NCBI GenBank assembly: GCA_009914755.4
Contig: CP068257.2
Span: forward strand, 27,168,001 to 27,232,000
Length of the DNA: 64,000 bases
DNA from: the human T2T-CHM13v2.0 reference genome, Homo sapiens
Reading direction: 5' to 3'
Position 1 is the first letter of the stretch. Each line of letters starts with the position of its first letter. A program made the translations under genes and the position numbers. The notes under the pieces were generated by a model. That model did no database searches, was not told where the DNA came from, and saw only the letters and a program-made list of their open reading frames with translations. Shown one piece after another: positions 16,601 through 30,695 of this stretch.

Positions 16601-19363
16601 GTGAAAGAAACTGACTTTCAATAGATACTTAGTAAATTCTAGTTTCTCTTCCCTAGTTTGAGGAATTTGGAAGGAGGAATAACAATGACTGTGTCTATAA
16701 ACTCATACCACTTTTCCACCGCACCCCTTTATCTTAACAATCTAAATGAAAGTTCAATGGCAGAGTACCAAAGAAAAGAAGCTAAAATGTTTATCTGAAA
16801 AAATCAGTAGACTTCTGCCAAATTTCCAGTCTCACAAAACCCAAGAATACTCTTCCCAAGAATTTCCAGTGCCCCTCCCCCAATCGCTAATAATAAAAAC
16901 AACAATTCTGACATCTGTTTGCTGCTAGAATATACTGGTGGCTCAATCTTCAAAGAAAAATGTAATATAATCAAATATATTCAAATTAAAGTATAATTTA
17001 GAAGGTTTTTTTACACATCAGAAGGTATTTCAAGACCTTGCCCTTTCTCCATTTGTTAGTGGCAACACTTACTAGTTCTGGTTATTTTCACTGTCCACCG
17101 CTTTGGATCTGGATACTGGAAGTTTACCTCAGTAATACCTCCTGGAGGACCAAAAAGTGAGATAAACACAAATATCAGTATAATTGAATGAGGCAATATG
17201 GACAAACAACTGCAAAGAAGAGAGATACTCTATCATGTAGAATATTACATTCTCTGCTTCCCTTTTATGGACATTTTATTCTGCTACAGAATTCCAATCA
17301 CTAGTTTAGCCACACTCTGAAAAGTCATTTTCCTTTTTGACTTGTAGTGGAGCCAATCAGTTTAGAAGCACTCAGGGAGGTATCTTATATACCATCTGGG
17401 ACAAAGAAAATAAAGTATTTTTTCATTTCCTTAGCAGTTACAAATTTACCTAATGATATCATTCCAAATTGAGCAGAATATAAGGTTTGACTATTTTAAT
17501 CATTTGGCAATTGTGGTCCAAGTCCTATTACAATATTAAGATACCCACAATTTAAATCACACATCATATGAAATAGTAATTTGCTTTAAAAATGCTGAAT
17601 TTCTTGGCTCATGTTCTAAAAAGATATAGGAGACCAATTGCAACAAAAAAAATTATAGAACATGTGTGGAATAAAATATGTAAGGAATTTCCCTAGTTTA
17701 TTTCCTTAAATGAGCCACACCATAAAAGTGGCTACAATGCATATATATATATATATATACACATATATATATCCCTGAGCCCTCGTAATTGTTAGATTGC
17801 TAGACTAGCTTTGCTATGAAAAAGCTGAGGAACTCCAGCTGGAGCCATTCCTTTCCCCAGTTATTACTGAAGGTTATATTTAATTATCTAGCTGAGCTGC
17901 TGTAATTAGCATCAACAAAGCTCTGTGCCATAATGACTTGATATATAAACTTTTGGGAAGCCCATTACAATTCAGATGGACCTTCTGAAATGTAGCATTC
18001 CACCTGATGGCTAATCCCAGATATTAACGTCCATTACTCCATTCGATTTCCATTCACCCCTTCTAATGTGTTTGTGTACTGCTTGCTGACAACTGTAGTA
18101 TGTTTGTAGTACAAACAGTACTTTGCATTTTTGAATTTGGGGTTTAAATCTGTTCAGGCTCTCTCATGTGGCTGGAATGTTGGCATGGCTCAGAAAACAA
18201 AAGTCAACTTAAAAAAAAGTTGGTTCCTCCAGGAAGAGAGATGGCTATCAAGCTTGACAAATGCACTGTAATGTGAACAGGGCAGCAGGGTTAATTCTGT
18301 TAAGTGATTGCTATAGGCCTTTGCTTGTCTTGGACTTTTGGCCTTTTGCTGCAAACAGGGTGGGCCTTGTTAAACTGCCAAGTTGACAATTTTATATCCA
18401 AAGGCTTTTGACAGTTTTATATCCAAGGCTTTGCTTTTCTGTTGTGATTTTTCAACAGGAAAGCTCAAAGTGCTCTGGGGATTTTCATCTCTGAGTCCAT
18501 GATAACACTTAGAAAACTCAATAGATCGTTGTTTGTTGAATCTGAGCATAAAAATTAGGTTCTAAGAGAAAGAAAAATCATTTTATAAAAACATAGATTT
18601 GGATATCACAGTGTGCTCTGCTAATTTCTTTTGGCTGGTGCTTTTTGTTGTTGTTGTTTAAAGTTTACATGGAATCTCTGTTTCCACTGAACCATCTCAG
18701 ACACTGAAACACAAAGCTGGGTTACAACCTAATCCGCAATGTGGGGTTATCTTCCTACTGTTGGGGCATTTTCCAACTGGGTAAGGATCTGAGCACTATA
18801 GAGATGTATACTGAGCTCTTATATTACCTTGTCTGTATCAGACTTAACTGAGACACAGATAAGTTAAAAAGTAGCCCGCAAATCCTAGGACCTAGCACCC
18901 TACAATCTAAGAGCTAAAATCATTGTCTCTTGGACATAAATCAGCAAACTTCATTCAGCACATGTTAAGTACCTGCCATATGTTAACCCTCTACTAACCA
19001 TGTGTTACATACTGTGAAAAAAAAAAGAAGTCACAGTTGAAGGTTTCTAGAAGGTTTCTAAAAGTTACCTGATCTGCCAATCATCTCCATCAGAACCCTC
19101 AGGTAAGCTTGTGTATTAAGCAGATTCCTGAATCCCACCCCAGATCTACTTGATTGGAGGAGGGGGCTAAATTTGCATTTTTTTATAAGCTTCTCCCAAA
19201 TGATGCTTATGAGTAATGTTTGAGAACTATTCTAGACTCAGGATTCTCAAACCTGGCTGCACATTTGAATCACCTAGTGAATTTAAGACCACCAATGACC
19301 TAGTACCACAGCAGACCAATTAAATCAGACCCTCTGGGGTAAGGGGGAGCCTGAGCATCAGTC

Positions 19364-19402
19364 ATTGTTGTTGTTGTTGCTGCTGTTGTTGTTGTCGTTG
19401 TT
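19364..19402. repeat. (GTT)n/(GCT)n trinucleotide microsatellite
   Basis: gttgttgttgttgttgctgctgttgttgttgtcgttgtt. Confidence 0.9.
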
Positions 19403-20351
19403 AAGTCCACATGTAACTCTAATGGGCATCCAAGGCTGTGAACCATGGTTCTAGACTTTAGGTTCTATCAGAATTTACGACAGGAAGAAATCACTCCTAT
19501 CTGAAGTGGTCAGATACTACCTTTGATTTCCTCTCATATCTTGCAAAAGACTTCATGTTCTCTTTGAAAAGTGTGTGTGTATGAGTTTGTTATTGTTTTA
19601 AAAATTACATATTTATATAGCACCCATGCAAGAAACAGTTTTTACAGATAGCACATAATTTCATTTGTCTTCAATTCATCTACTGTAATGTAATTAGAAG
19701 AAAAACGTATTAGTATTCCAATTATAGATAAAGCAAAAGATTAGTACTCCGCCTGAGATCACACAACAAATTCATTCTAAAATTCTGACTTCACTGGAGT
19801 TGCTTCCCAGAAATAAAAAAAGAGAGAGAGAGATAGAGAGTCTTTGAACAGTCCTAGTTGAAATGTAGCCTATTCAATACTAAAAATTATTCAAATAAGT
19901 AGTCCATCCACACTCCATAATGGACAGTCTTCCTCTTGGCTTTTTTGTTGTTGTTATTATAAAGAAGGGAATATCCTAAAGGGTCAATAATCCTCCTTCT
20001 ATTTCTCCATTTTTCTGTCTCCATAAGGCAACATCACTGAATGTATTAATGGGCTTGCTCAGTTAGGGTTTTTAATCCCTCCCAGTTTGCCCAGAATGTT
20101 CTCAGTTTTAGTACTGAAAGTCCTGTGCCCAGTTAACCCGTCTTGGGCAAACCTGGACAGTCCCTATCAGCAGTGGAAATAAACACTGCTTTGAAGATCT
20201 ATGCAGGAATGGGAGTTTAAGGTTAGTTAGGAAGATCAGCCAGGCCAGCAATGGGCAGGGAGTGGGACAATCTAAAGATCCATGAAGGTGGGCAGACTTG
20301 GCTTCAGGCTTTGAAGTCTAGCTGGGAAGGCACAGTGCATGACCCAGGGAA

Positions 20352-20537
20352 GGGGCTCTCAAACTTGAGTGTGTATTACAACCCCCTGGAGGGCTTGTTA
20401 GAACACAAATTGCTGGGCACCACCTCCAGAGTTCCTGATTCAGTAGGTCTGGAGAGGGGCCTAGAATTTGCATTTCTAACACATTCCCATGTAATGCTGA
20501 TGCTGTTGGTCCCAGGATCACGCCTTGAGAACCACTG
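20352..20537 (-). mobile_element. MER5A-like hAT-Charlie element, near full length
   Basis: ctcaaacttgagtgtgtattacaaccccctggagggcttgttagaacacaaattgctgggcaccacctccagagttcctgattcagtaggtctggagaggggcctagaatttgcatttctaacacattcccatgtaatgctgatgctgttggtcccaggatcacgccttgagaaccactg matches the reverse complement of the MER5 consensus, including the terminal cagtggttctcaa inverted repeats. Confidence 0.6.
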
Positions 20538-22629
20538 CTCTAGGTGCTAGTCTAGACTTTCAGCTGAGCATAAGTAATAGGTGTGAAGGTGATGTCTTGG
20601 CACTAGGGAGCTAGCAGGCCACATTAGGCAGAGATATGAGCTAGGGACCAAAGGCAGGACTCAAAGCACTGAGCAAATGTGAGCTAACATGGCAGGACCA
20701 GGCTAAGAGGATCTGGAGTACTAGGCAGATAAACAAAACAGGAGCTCCATCTTAAAGAAGTATGACCAAGATCTTTCTACTGGATGTGGGTGCAAGGTGT
20801 GGTGTTGGCCTTAGGAACAAGGCAAAATTCAATGCGTAAGCAATCATTGAGGAGCACAGACTTAATGGTCAGTCACTGGAGTTCCTGAATTAGGAATTTT
20901 AAAGATCCCCTGACAACCATAAAAGTTGGGTGACCAACTATTCTAGTTTTCCCAGGAATTTCCCTACTTCAGCACTGAAAGTGCAGGGCCTAGAAACCCC
21001 TCAGTCCTAAGACATCTGGTCACCCTAATTGTGCTCTTAGAAGACTACAGCCTAGATCCACCTACATCTCTGGGTCAGTTGGCTCCAGCCATAAGGAAAG
21101 AAAGCACACATGAGAAGAGGAGGAGCCAGCTGGAAAACGAGGCAGAGAGCCAGGATGCTCATTGCAACCTATAGCCTTCAAGAGAGGATAAAAGGGCACC
21201 CAGAAATATTGTCTATAAATGCTGAAATGCATTTGCTTTAAATGGGCAAAACACGTTAAATGACTCCTCAGGCCTGCAGCTTTTCTAAACTCATGAAAGT
21301 GGAAAAGTTCAGCACAAACAGAACCATCCAGACACCCCGTAGATGGAAGTCTCTCTCACTGCCTTTTGACAGTCATCACACACACTTAAGATCTCATTGT
21401 AAGTATAGCCTTAAAGAGCCCTGATAAGTACACATCAGTAGGGGAACTAAAACCCATCTGTAAATATTAGCAGAGTCTCCCATGTTCTTTTGGTTTCCTT
21501 CACACACAAAAATAAGCTAAGTGGAATGAACACACAGTTCAAAATGACTAAAACACTAAAGGACATTTAAATCTGGGGAAAGAATCTCTCTGTTGGGAAT
21601 ATGGATTTCACCTAAGATCCTTAGTGTCATTCCCAGCATGCCAGAGTTATTTCAAATCTCTTTCATAACCAAATATTAATATTCCACCAGAATGGGGAGC
21701 ATGAGGGCCACTATTGACAGGAACACAGCCTACTAATCATGAGAGATGTTTAAGATGTTCTTCACTAACGTTATCCACAGACTGTATAAAAATAATAACA
21801 GAAAACGTTTAACAGTAACAAGGATCATCACCAGGGAAAGTACCTAAACCATCACAAAATCCGAAAGCAAACACTGAACTAATCCATCCTCCCAGCAACT
21901 AACTCCTGCAAAATGCTGCTTATGTAGAAATAATCTTCTCAATCACACTTAAAATATTCACTATGATAATGAACTTTAGCCGCAGTGAATTGAGTGTCCC
22001 AATGTGCTGAGTCTTCATGATCAAGGAGAACCTGGCATAACCAGCATCTTCAAAATGCAAGTACCCTATGTCCTTCTGGAATGAGCCATGTCATCCAGTA
22101 AGTAGGCTGAAACAGAGGGATCCGACGAGGAGACTCTCCCAGAGCTGAAGTGGGAGTTCAGAGCAGAGTGGAGAAGATTGAAAATCTCCCAGATAACCTG
22201 GGAGAAAATGCCAGAAGAAACAGGAATTTGCCCATCCATTCAATCTTTCATTCAACAGATAGTTATGATGTGCCATCTCAATGCCAGACCCCATGCTAGG
22301 CAGAAAGGCTACAAAGTCTAATGGAACTGCTTTATAGGTATTTGTAATCAAATAGAACAAGCAGACAAATTAACAAGTAATTGCAGTACCTCTAAGACGT
22401 TTTATAATAAAAGGATATATGCAACCTCAGAGAAGCACAGATGAGAGAGAATTTTCCCCAGCCTTGTATTATTCTCAGTGCAACTAACTGTCTTTGATAC
22501 CACAGTTAAGTCCTTCCTTCTCAGAAGCTTCTTCTTTGAGTCACTTTTGGGAAAAAAATAATTATTGCTTTTCTGAGAGATCAGAGTCTCATCAAATGTT
22601 ATTGTGATTCTAAGACTGTCAACAGCTAC

Positions 22630-22820
22630 CATTTAGTGATACCTACTATGTGCCAGGCACTACACTGAGTGTTTTGCACACATTACTCCACTCAATCCTC
22701 AGCCCTGCGTAACAAGCAGCATGCTCTCTCCACTTTAGAAATCAAGGGGAAATGAATCACAGTGGGATTAACTAGTTTACCCTCAGTCTGTCAATGATGG
22801 GGCAAGAAGTGAACACAGAC
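22630..22820 (-). mobile_element. MIR SINE
   Basis: tacctactatgtgccaggcactacactgagtgttttgcacacattactccactcaatcctcagccctgcgtaacaagcagc...ttagaaatcaaggggaaatgaatcacag. Confidence 0.45.
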
Positions 22821-24429
22821 AGTCCACTTCATGTTCAAGATCTTAACCACTATGTTGAAATCACTTATGTAGTGAACTATTAGAATGTCTATATTGATTA
22901 TTTGTATTCTACTGTTATAATTGCATGCATCTAGTTTTTGCTTTGATGAGTTCTTACAAGAAATTGCATGCTGCTTTTAATACTTCCTTATTTGAGTTGA
23001 TAATTTGCAACCATTTTATTTGAACCTATCTCTGTGGGACTTAACCACAACAGCTGCAATTTATTGAAAACTTGCTCTGAGCCAGTATATATCATCTCTG
23101 TCAATTCCCATAGTTCTCTGAGGGGTATGTATGTAGGTATGTGCATATACTTATATTCTTATATATGTATATGTAATGTAGAGTATCAGGTAACTTACCC
23201 CTTGTAGCTTAGGCTACAAGTCCTCCACTAGCATAGGCTTTTCTAAGGTTCCAGAAAGGGTTCTTAGAAACATGTTTGCATGTTCATACATTTTCTTATC
23301 TATTTTTGAAAGAGTATTTCGAAACTGATATAAGCGTAAGACCCACAAAGCCTGCAGACTACAGGTGATGGAAACAGGATTTGTGTGCAGATGTGCCCAA
23401 CTCCAAGGGTTTAAAACCCCGTGACACAGTAAGTAAGGAGGAAGGGGTGGAGCAGTGGGATTTAGATGCACATGTTGGGCTTATCATGAGAGATTTCAAG
23501 CTAAGGAAAGAGGGGAGTTGATTTGAGGGGCTTTTCTCCTCTAAAGTGACCTTGAAGCCCTCATTTTAATGCTTCATGTGCCAACAAGAAGTAGAGAATG
23601 TAGGTAACTCTAATACGAATGAGGCTCTAAGAACTACTAGGTGAACACTCATAATAGTGGCACCAGTTCCGAACAACACATTTGTAAATAAATTGAAGCA
23701 GCCTTCAGTTTTTTCTAAACTAAGAAGCTACTAGACACTAAGCAGGTCAAACAGACCAAAGGCACTTTGGTGACACTTAGCTTAGGTAGCCCTTCGACTG
23801 CCAATCCATCATTATCTGAAAGTTCTGCATTGACCAACTGCTGTCAGAAAATGTTCCCTTTCTTCCAGAAATTCCATGCCAGCTCACCTTCCAAAAGTTT
23901 CCAGTGGGCTTGTTGATCTTTCACCCAAATAGCCACCTAACACTTTACGAATATCCATCTCTGTGAAGAAACCGACTCAGCTGCAACAACCTGTTTTTTT
24001 TAATTCATTAAGCCTTAGAATAGCATCTTTCTTAGTAAAATATAAATGCAATATTTAATAAAACTATATATACAGTGATTATTATAAGCAGGGAGAGGAC
24101 AGGCTGAAAATGAGTGATTTTAACAAGAGCTTTAACAATTTTTAATAGACCTGCATTCCTTTACATTCCTGGTGTTTCTCAAACTTTAGTGGGTTTAAAG
24201 TTCATCTGGGGATTTATAAAAATTGCTGACTTCAAGAGCTCCTCTTAAAATTTCTAATTCTGAAGGCCTGGAGGGATCCTCAACAATCTTCATTTTTAAC
24301 GATTTTGATGAAGATGGACTGCAGCTGTCTCTTGAGAAATGCTTCTTTAGAACAAGTGAAATTGCTAATTACACAGTAAGCACTTAGTCATCTACCATTA
24401 CCCAAGTCTTGTTAGTTGTGAGTTGCCCC

Positions 24430-24813
24430 TTGGTATCTGCTAAGGTTTGAATGTGTCCCTCAGAAAGCATATGTTGGAAACTTAACCTTTAATGCAACAG
24501 TGTTTGTTGGGAGGTAGGTTCCAATGAGAGGTAATTAGAACATGAGGGCTCTGCATTTATGAATAGATGAATGTGTGGAAGTAGGTTCCTTATAAAATAA
24601 GGTCAGTCACCTTTCCTCTCTCCCATCCTCTTTTTGCCCTCTGACATCCTATGCCTTTCACCATGAGATGACACAGCAAGAAGGTCCCTGATAGATACCA
24701 GTGCTTCAATCTTGGACTTCCCAACTAAAGAACTATGAACCAATAAATTTCTGTTCATTACAAATTATCCAGTCTCAGGTATTCTGTTACAGCTGCACAA
24801 AACAGACTAAGGC
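24430..24813 (+). mobile_element. MaLR-type (MST-like) solo LTR
   Basis: ggtttgaatgtgtccctcagaaagcatatgttggaaacttaacc...catgagatgacacagcaagaaggtccc...cttggacttcccaactaaagaactatgaaccaataaatttctgttcattacaaattatccagtctcaggtattctgttacagctgcacaaaacagactaaggca. Confidence 0.55.
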
Positions 24814-25341
24814 AGTATCCCATTCTCAGCTGCAGCAATTCTTTTTAAGACAAAACTCCATGGATTTTAAGACATCTGAGTAGGGAGAGTTAATTATGTC
24901 CTCTCAAAGAGGTATTTTCCCTAGACCAATTAGTTTACAAGAACATACACTCTGTTTCTAAAACTTTGGAAAACAAAGATGTGGTTCATATCAGAGTGAA
25001 AATTTCATTGATACCCATTATAATGAACGTGTTTCATTTTGGCAAACTGTCATGAAATGTCCTGTTCATTTGGAGAAAATTCCTGGAAAGATGGTAGGCA
25101 GAGGTCCCAACTCCCAATACGGAATCCTAAGAGGGAGAAGATCTGTCTGCTCCCAGTCAGAGAAGGGTGGGCTCTTCCTACACTAAGATCTTAGCCACAT
25201 TTTGTCTCCCTGAATTCTTGCCAGAGACTAGTCCTCCAGGCTGAGAGTATATCTTATATCTGTATAATTAGATAACAATTATGTTATCTAAAACTGAGAA
25301 CCCTGGGTATGGTACATCCAGACACTTACGGCAGAAAATAT

Positions 25342-25718
25342 TTGATATGGTTTGGCTCTGTGTCCCCACTCAAATCTCATGTCAAACTGTAATTCCCAAT
25401 GTTGGGGGAGGGATCTGGTGGGAGGTAATTGGATCATGGGGGCAGATTTCTCCCTTGCTCTTGCGATAGTAAGTTCTCACGAGATCTGATAAATGTTTAA
25501 AGGTGTGTGGCACTTCCCCCCCTTCACTCTCTCTCTCTTTCTACCATGGTGAGACGTGCTTGCTTCCCCTTCACCTTCTGCCATGACGGTAAGTTTCCTG
25601 AGACCTTCCAGCCATGCTTCCTGTACAGCCTATGGAACTGTGAGTCAATTAAACCTCTTTCTTCATAAATTATCCAGGTCAGGTAGTTCTTTATAGCAGT
25701 GTGAGAACAGACTCTACA
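25342..25718 (+). mobile_element. THE1-like MaLR solo LTR
   Basis: tgatatggtttggctctgtgtccccactcaaatctcatgtcaaactgtaattcccaatgttgggggagggatctggtgggaggtaattggatcatggggg...ctgtgagtcaattaaacctctttcttcataaattatccaggtcaggtagttctttatagcagtgtgagaacagactctaca, a close match to the recalled THE1 consensus. Confidence 0.65.
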
Positions 25719-25764
25719 ATATCTTCAAAATGTTGTTTATTTTTTAAAAAAATGTATGGATGGA

Positions 25765-26121
<357 letters not shown>

Positions 26122-26299
26122 CTATCCATCTGTAGAAAATTTTTTAAAATATGTATTGTCTTTTATTCTGATTTCTTCTGGATTCCACTTTGTAGATTTA
26201 TGAGCCCAGGACCACTGGTATTCAGTAAAGGAGTAGAAATCAATTTGTAGGGGCAGGAGGGATGCCATGTGTCATAGCTACGCAAACAGAAGAAACTTA

Positions 26300-26617
<318 letters not shown>

Positions 26618-26640
26618 GAAAGAAAAGAACGAACGAACGA

Positions 26641-26692
<52 letters not shown>

Positions 26693-26807
26693 AGGAAAGA
26701 AGGAAAGAAGGAAAGAAGGAAAGAAGGAAAGAAGGAAAGAAAAGAAAAAGAAGGAAAGAAGGAAAGAAGGAAAGAAGGAAAGAAGGAAAGAAGGAAAGAA
26801 GGAAGGA

Positions 26808-26851
<44 letters not shown>

Positions 26852-26907
26852 AGGAAGGAAGGAAGGAAGGAAGGAAGGAAGGAAGGAAGGAAGGAAGGAA
26901 GGAAGGA

Positions 26908-26955
<48 letters not shown>

Positions 26956-26957
26956 AA
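26618..26957. repeat. Long polypurine microsatellite (GAAA)n/(GGAA)n/(GAAGGAAA)n, ~340 bp, on the Alu A tail
   Basis: Pure purine run of gaaa, ggaa and ggaaagaa units. It is the source of the spurious ORFs 26505-26966, 26550-27005, 26590-26991 and 26611-26973 (KERKKERKKE and FLSFFLSFFLS peptides). Confidence 0.97.
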
Positions 26958-28104
26958 CAGTATCACCTTTCAAACAGTGATGGGTCCCTAATACCTATAT
27001 GCTGAGTATTGTCACACTCATGTTCCATAGCTGTTTGTATTCTGTGTCATTTTTACTATACGTACACAAGACAGAAAACAAAAAACACTGTTTAATTCAG
27101 ATTTTGTAAGGTATATAGTATAACTGTTTACTAAAATATCATATTTGTAGGAGGTGAAAGTTAATATACTAGCAAACTGCTAAAGAGAATTAACTATTTT
27201 TTTAACAAGGAATGTATATTTATGTAGCACTCTCAGACTTTAAAAGCACCATTACTGTACATAAAGCTTTTGATTTGCAGTTTTTCATCATAAACCCAAC
27301 AGAGCAGAGCCCAGACACCAGGCATTTTTCCCTGGAGTCACTCTGCCTTATTATCAGGACTGGACTTAAGTATCCTTCCCTGGAAAGGGCAAAAGATCTC
27401 ACATTGTAGGGCAAATATGCTTGAGGCAGTACAAAGAGGCACAGTCATGTTTCAGGATGTGGTTTTAGCCAAAGGTGATACAATCACAAAGCTGGGTTGA
27501 GAGAGGAAATAACAATCAGGAGCAGTCTTGAGTGTGTCTCTGTTACCTGGAGTCTTCTTGTTCTTCTCTCTACCTCTCCAAGAGTCTCCATTACCATTGA
27601 TGTAAATAATTAGTAATAAGAGCCGGAAGCAAAAATGTTGAAATACTTTAACTCTTTTGAACACAAATTTAATAGCAGTAGTAAACTAACAAATGAATCA
27701 TTGAATTGAGGGTGGATTCTGCTGCAACAAAGAACTTGTATTATGATATAAATTGAGAAGATTGTTCTGATCTAGCTCCTCCTGTATTCAGAGTTAAAAC
27801 TCTCTCTAAACATCATGTTCCACCTAAGAACCATTAACTCTCCCATTCTCACAACCTGTGTGACAAATACTCATACTCTAAATATTTGGCTTATCTCACT
27901 TATCCATTGCTAGAGGATTTAACATACAAGTGTTGCCCTACATACAGACTACTAAGTTAACCATAACCATTCGTGTATTGATACGTATGTTCAAACAGCA
28001 ATGATGAACTGAGTGCCTGCTCTGAAGGAACTCAAATTCAGATTCAGCTAATATTTCTGGAGTAACACCCATGCACTAGGTATTGAGCTAAAGACTTTGT
28101 CTTA

Positions 28105-28310
28105 TTTAGGTGCCTATCATGTGCTAGGTGTTGAACTAGTTACTTTAACACATTATCTCATTTGGTCTTCATAACAACCTAGTAGGTCGGCATTTTTTAT
28201 TTTATAGATAGGAGACTAACACTCAGAAAAGGTGAGTGACTTGCCTGAAGTCATAAAATTAGTCAAGACTTAAAACTGGCTTTTTGGTCCTGAGTCTTCT
28301 CTCTGGCTCT
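28105..28310 (-). mobile_element. MIR SINE
   Basis: gtgcctatcatgtgctaggtgttgaactagttactttaacacattatctcatttggtcttcataacaacctagtaggtcgg...ttttatagataggagactaacactcagaaaaggtgagtgacttgcctgaagtcataaaattagtcaagact, the classic MIR reverse-complement pattern. Confidence 0.6.
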
Positions 28311-28924
28311 TTCTAATTGGTAGTATTGTCTGTCTTAGGTCCACGCTTTTACTATCCTCTTCTATGCAAAAGAATATCTGATCAGAAAGAAACAAAGCCA
28401 CTTATAGTTTGATTAGAAAGAAATAAAACCGCACAGAATTTTAGCCACCTTTGTCTATGGGCTGATAGCTTTGTGCACACAAGGCCAAGCAACCACAGGC
28501 TCCAGAGATGTGATGTGGAGATGTGCCAAGTGGCAGGTGACATCACATCTTTACATTCCTAGAAGTACTGTGCCCTAATAATTTTACAGCAGAGACATAA
28601 ACAGATGGATGTGACAAATCCAGTAATGGCAGTTACATAATCTCAAGATCTTTCTCAATGACTCTAAGAACATGTCCAAGACCAAGAATGACTTACCAGG
28701 TACATGCCAGTGCTTTAACTAAACAGAAACTATTTTTCAACTAAACAAACATAAATTACATTATCCCTCCTTTTTGGCTCTACCATTTTGAAATTTCTAA
28801 CTTTGTGAGGTTTTTAACTTAAAAATGTTTTTCCAAATTTATGGAAAGAGGCCACATATGCCCACGTTTAGGGAAAAGTATGGACTTCAGAGTTACAAGC
28901 TCAGGTTTGGACAAGGCCAGGCAA

Positions 28925-29075
28925 GGTTGGACTGAATCCTGCCTCTATCGTTTTCTCACTACATTTGCAGTGAGTCACTAAATTTTTTTAAGTCTCTGCT
29001 TCCTCATCTGTAAAATGGGTATAGCAACGATATCTACCTGTGCAGAAAAGAGTTAACTCAGCAGGGCTGAATTGT
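28925..29075 (+). mobile_element. MIR SINE fragment
   Basis: ggactgaatcctgcctctatc...ctctgcttcctcatctgtaaaatgggtatagcaacgatatctacctgtgcagaaaagagttaactcag. Confidence 0.5.
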
Positions 29076-30695
29076 TCAAACCTTGCACATTCCCAAGAAA
29101 GGCCTGTTTTCATGACTGCTCTTTGACCAGCTTCTGGGAATTAAACTGTTAGAATGTTCCAAGAACTAAGAGTATTTTTCTCACATGGGTTCTTGAGCCA
29201 TACTATACCAGTTTGTCTGCATACGTGTGCAACGTGGTTTATGCTTGCTTCTGGGAGCCTGGAGCTTCAATGGCACAAGTCATGTGCCTATGTGAATGAT
29301 CCCCAACAAAAACCCTAGACTCGCTCAATCATGGCAGATGGGAGGTAGGACTAGATTGCAACTCCAGACAGAGCAGTGTGCAAGGTCTTGCATTGTGAAT
29401 TTTAGCTCCAGATCAACTGCAAGAACAAACCAGCAATCCTGAGAGGACCCACAGACCCTCTGAAGGAAGCAGACAGCTCCTACAGGACCTGGGAGACCCC
29501 CCAAAACTGTGAGTGCCCCAACCTTGGAAGCAGAAAATGGAGACCCTCCTTTCCTGAACTCACACTCCCACTGGAGAAGCTGAAGGTCTGTTTGCAGGAG
29601 AATTTTCTTACTTTACCTGAAGCTGAGTCAATCTAGAGAGCTGAGTGAAATTCAGGGGCAGAGGAAGTGGCAGAAAGGCTCTGGGAACTCACTGGCTCCC
29701 CTAGCAGGCCATTCCTGCCTGTCACCACAGGGATCCAACAGGAGAGGAGCAGGGGATAAAACTACACAAGGAGAAGGAAATCTCTAGCTGAACTATGTAA
29801 CAATTAGAACGGGGGTTGAAGCCTCCTGGCCAGAACTCAGGGGAGGGCACAAATCCGGCATGCAGACTCCAAAGGCAAGGGAAGACCCAAGCCCCTTTCT
29901 TTTGTAGCGTGGAGGTGGGTAGACTGAGGCAGGTTTTCAAACCCATATTGCTCTCCACCTGGAAATGAATGGGGATCTGGTGGTGGGGGCATGGTGGGAG
30001 TGAGATGGGCCCTTCAGTTCGCACGGGAGCTGGGTGAGGCCTGTAACTGCTGGCTTTCCCCTACTTCCTAGACAACCTGCATGACTCAGCAGAGGCAGCC
30101 ATAATCCTCCTAGGTACACAACTCCAGTGGCCTGGGAATCTCACCCCCATCCCCCACAGTAGCTGCAGCAAGACCCACCCAAGGAGAGCCTGAATTCAGA
30201 CAGGCCTAGCCCAGCTCCCACCTGATGGTCCTTCCCTATCCACCCTGGTCACGGAAGACAAAGGGCATATAATCTTGAGAGTTCTAGGGCCCCACCCACC
30301 ACCAGTTCCTCCCCATACTACTACAGCTAATGCTGTCTGGAAAATGCCACCTCCTGGCAGAAGGTCAACCAGCACAAAAACAGCATTGAACCACCAAAGC
30401 AAAGGACCCTCATGGAGTCCATTGCACCCCACGCCCCCTCCACCAGAACAGGCACTGGTATCCATGGCTGAGAGACACATAGATGGTTCACGTAACAGGA
30501 CACTGTGCAGAAAACCCCCAGTACCAGCCCAGAACTGCGTAGACTCACTGGGTGGCTAGACCCAGAAGACAGACAAAAATCACTGCAGTTCATCTCACAG
30601 GAAGTCACATCCATAGGAAAAGGGGGAGAGTACTACATCAAGGGAACAACCCGTGGGAGAACCTGAACAATAGCCTTCAGTCCTAGACCTTCCCT

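Noticed and set aside
19225-19360. Third MER5-related element (cacatttgaatcacctagtgaatttaagaccaccaatgacctagtaccacagcagaccaattaaatcagaccctctggggtaagggggagcctgagcatcag).
   Set aside because: The similarity to MER5/Charlie-type consensus is recalled only loosely and the segment is short and diverged, so I did not list it as a feature.
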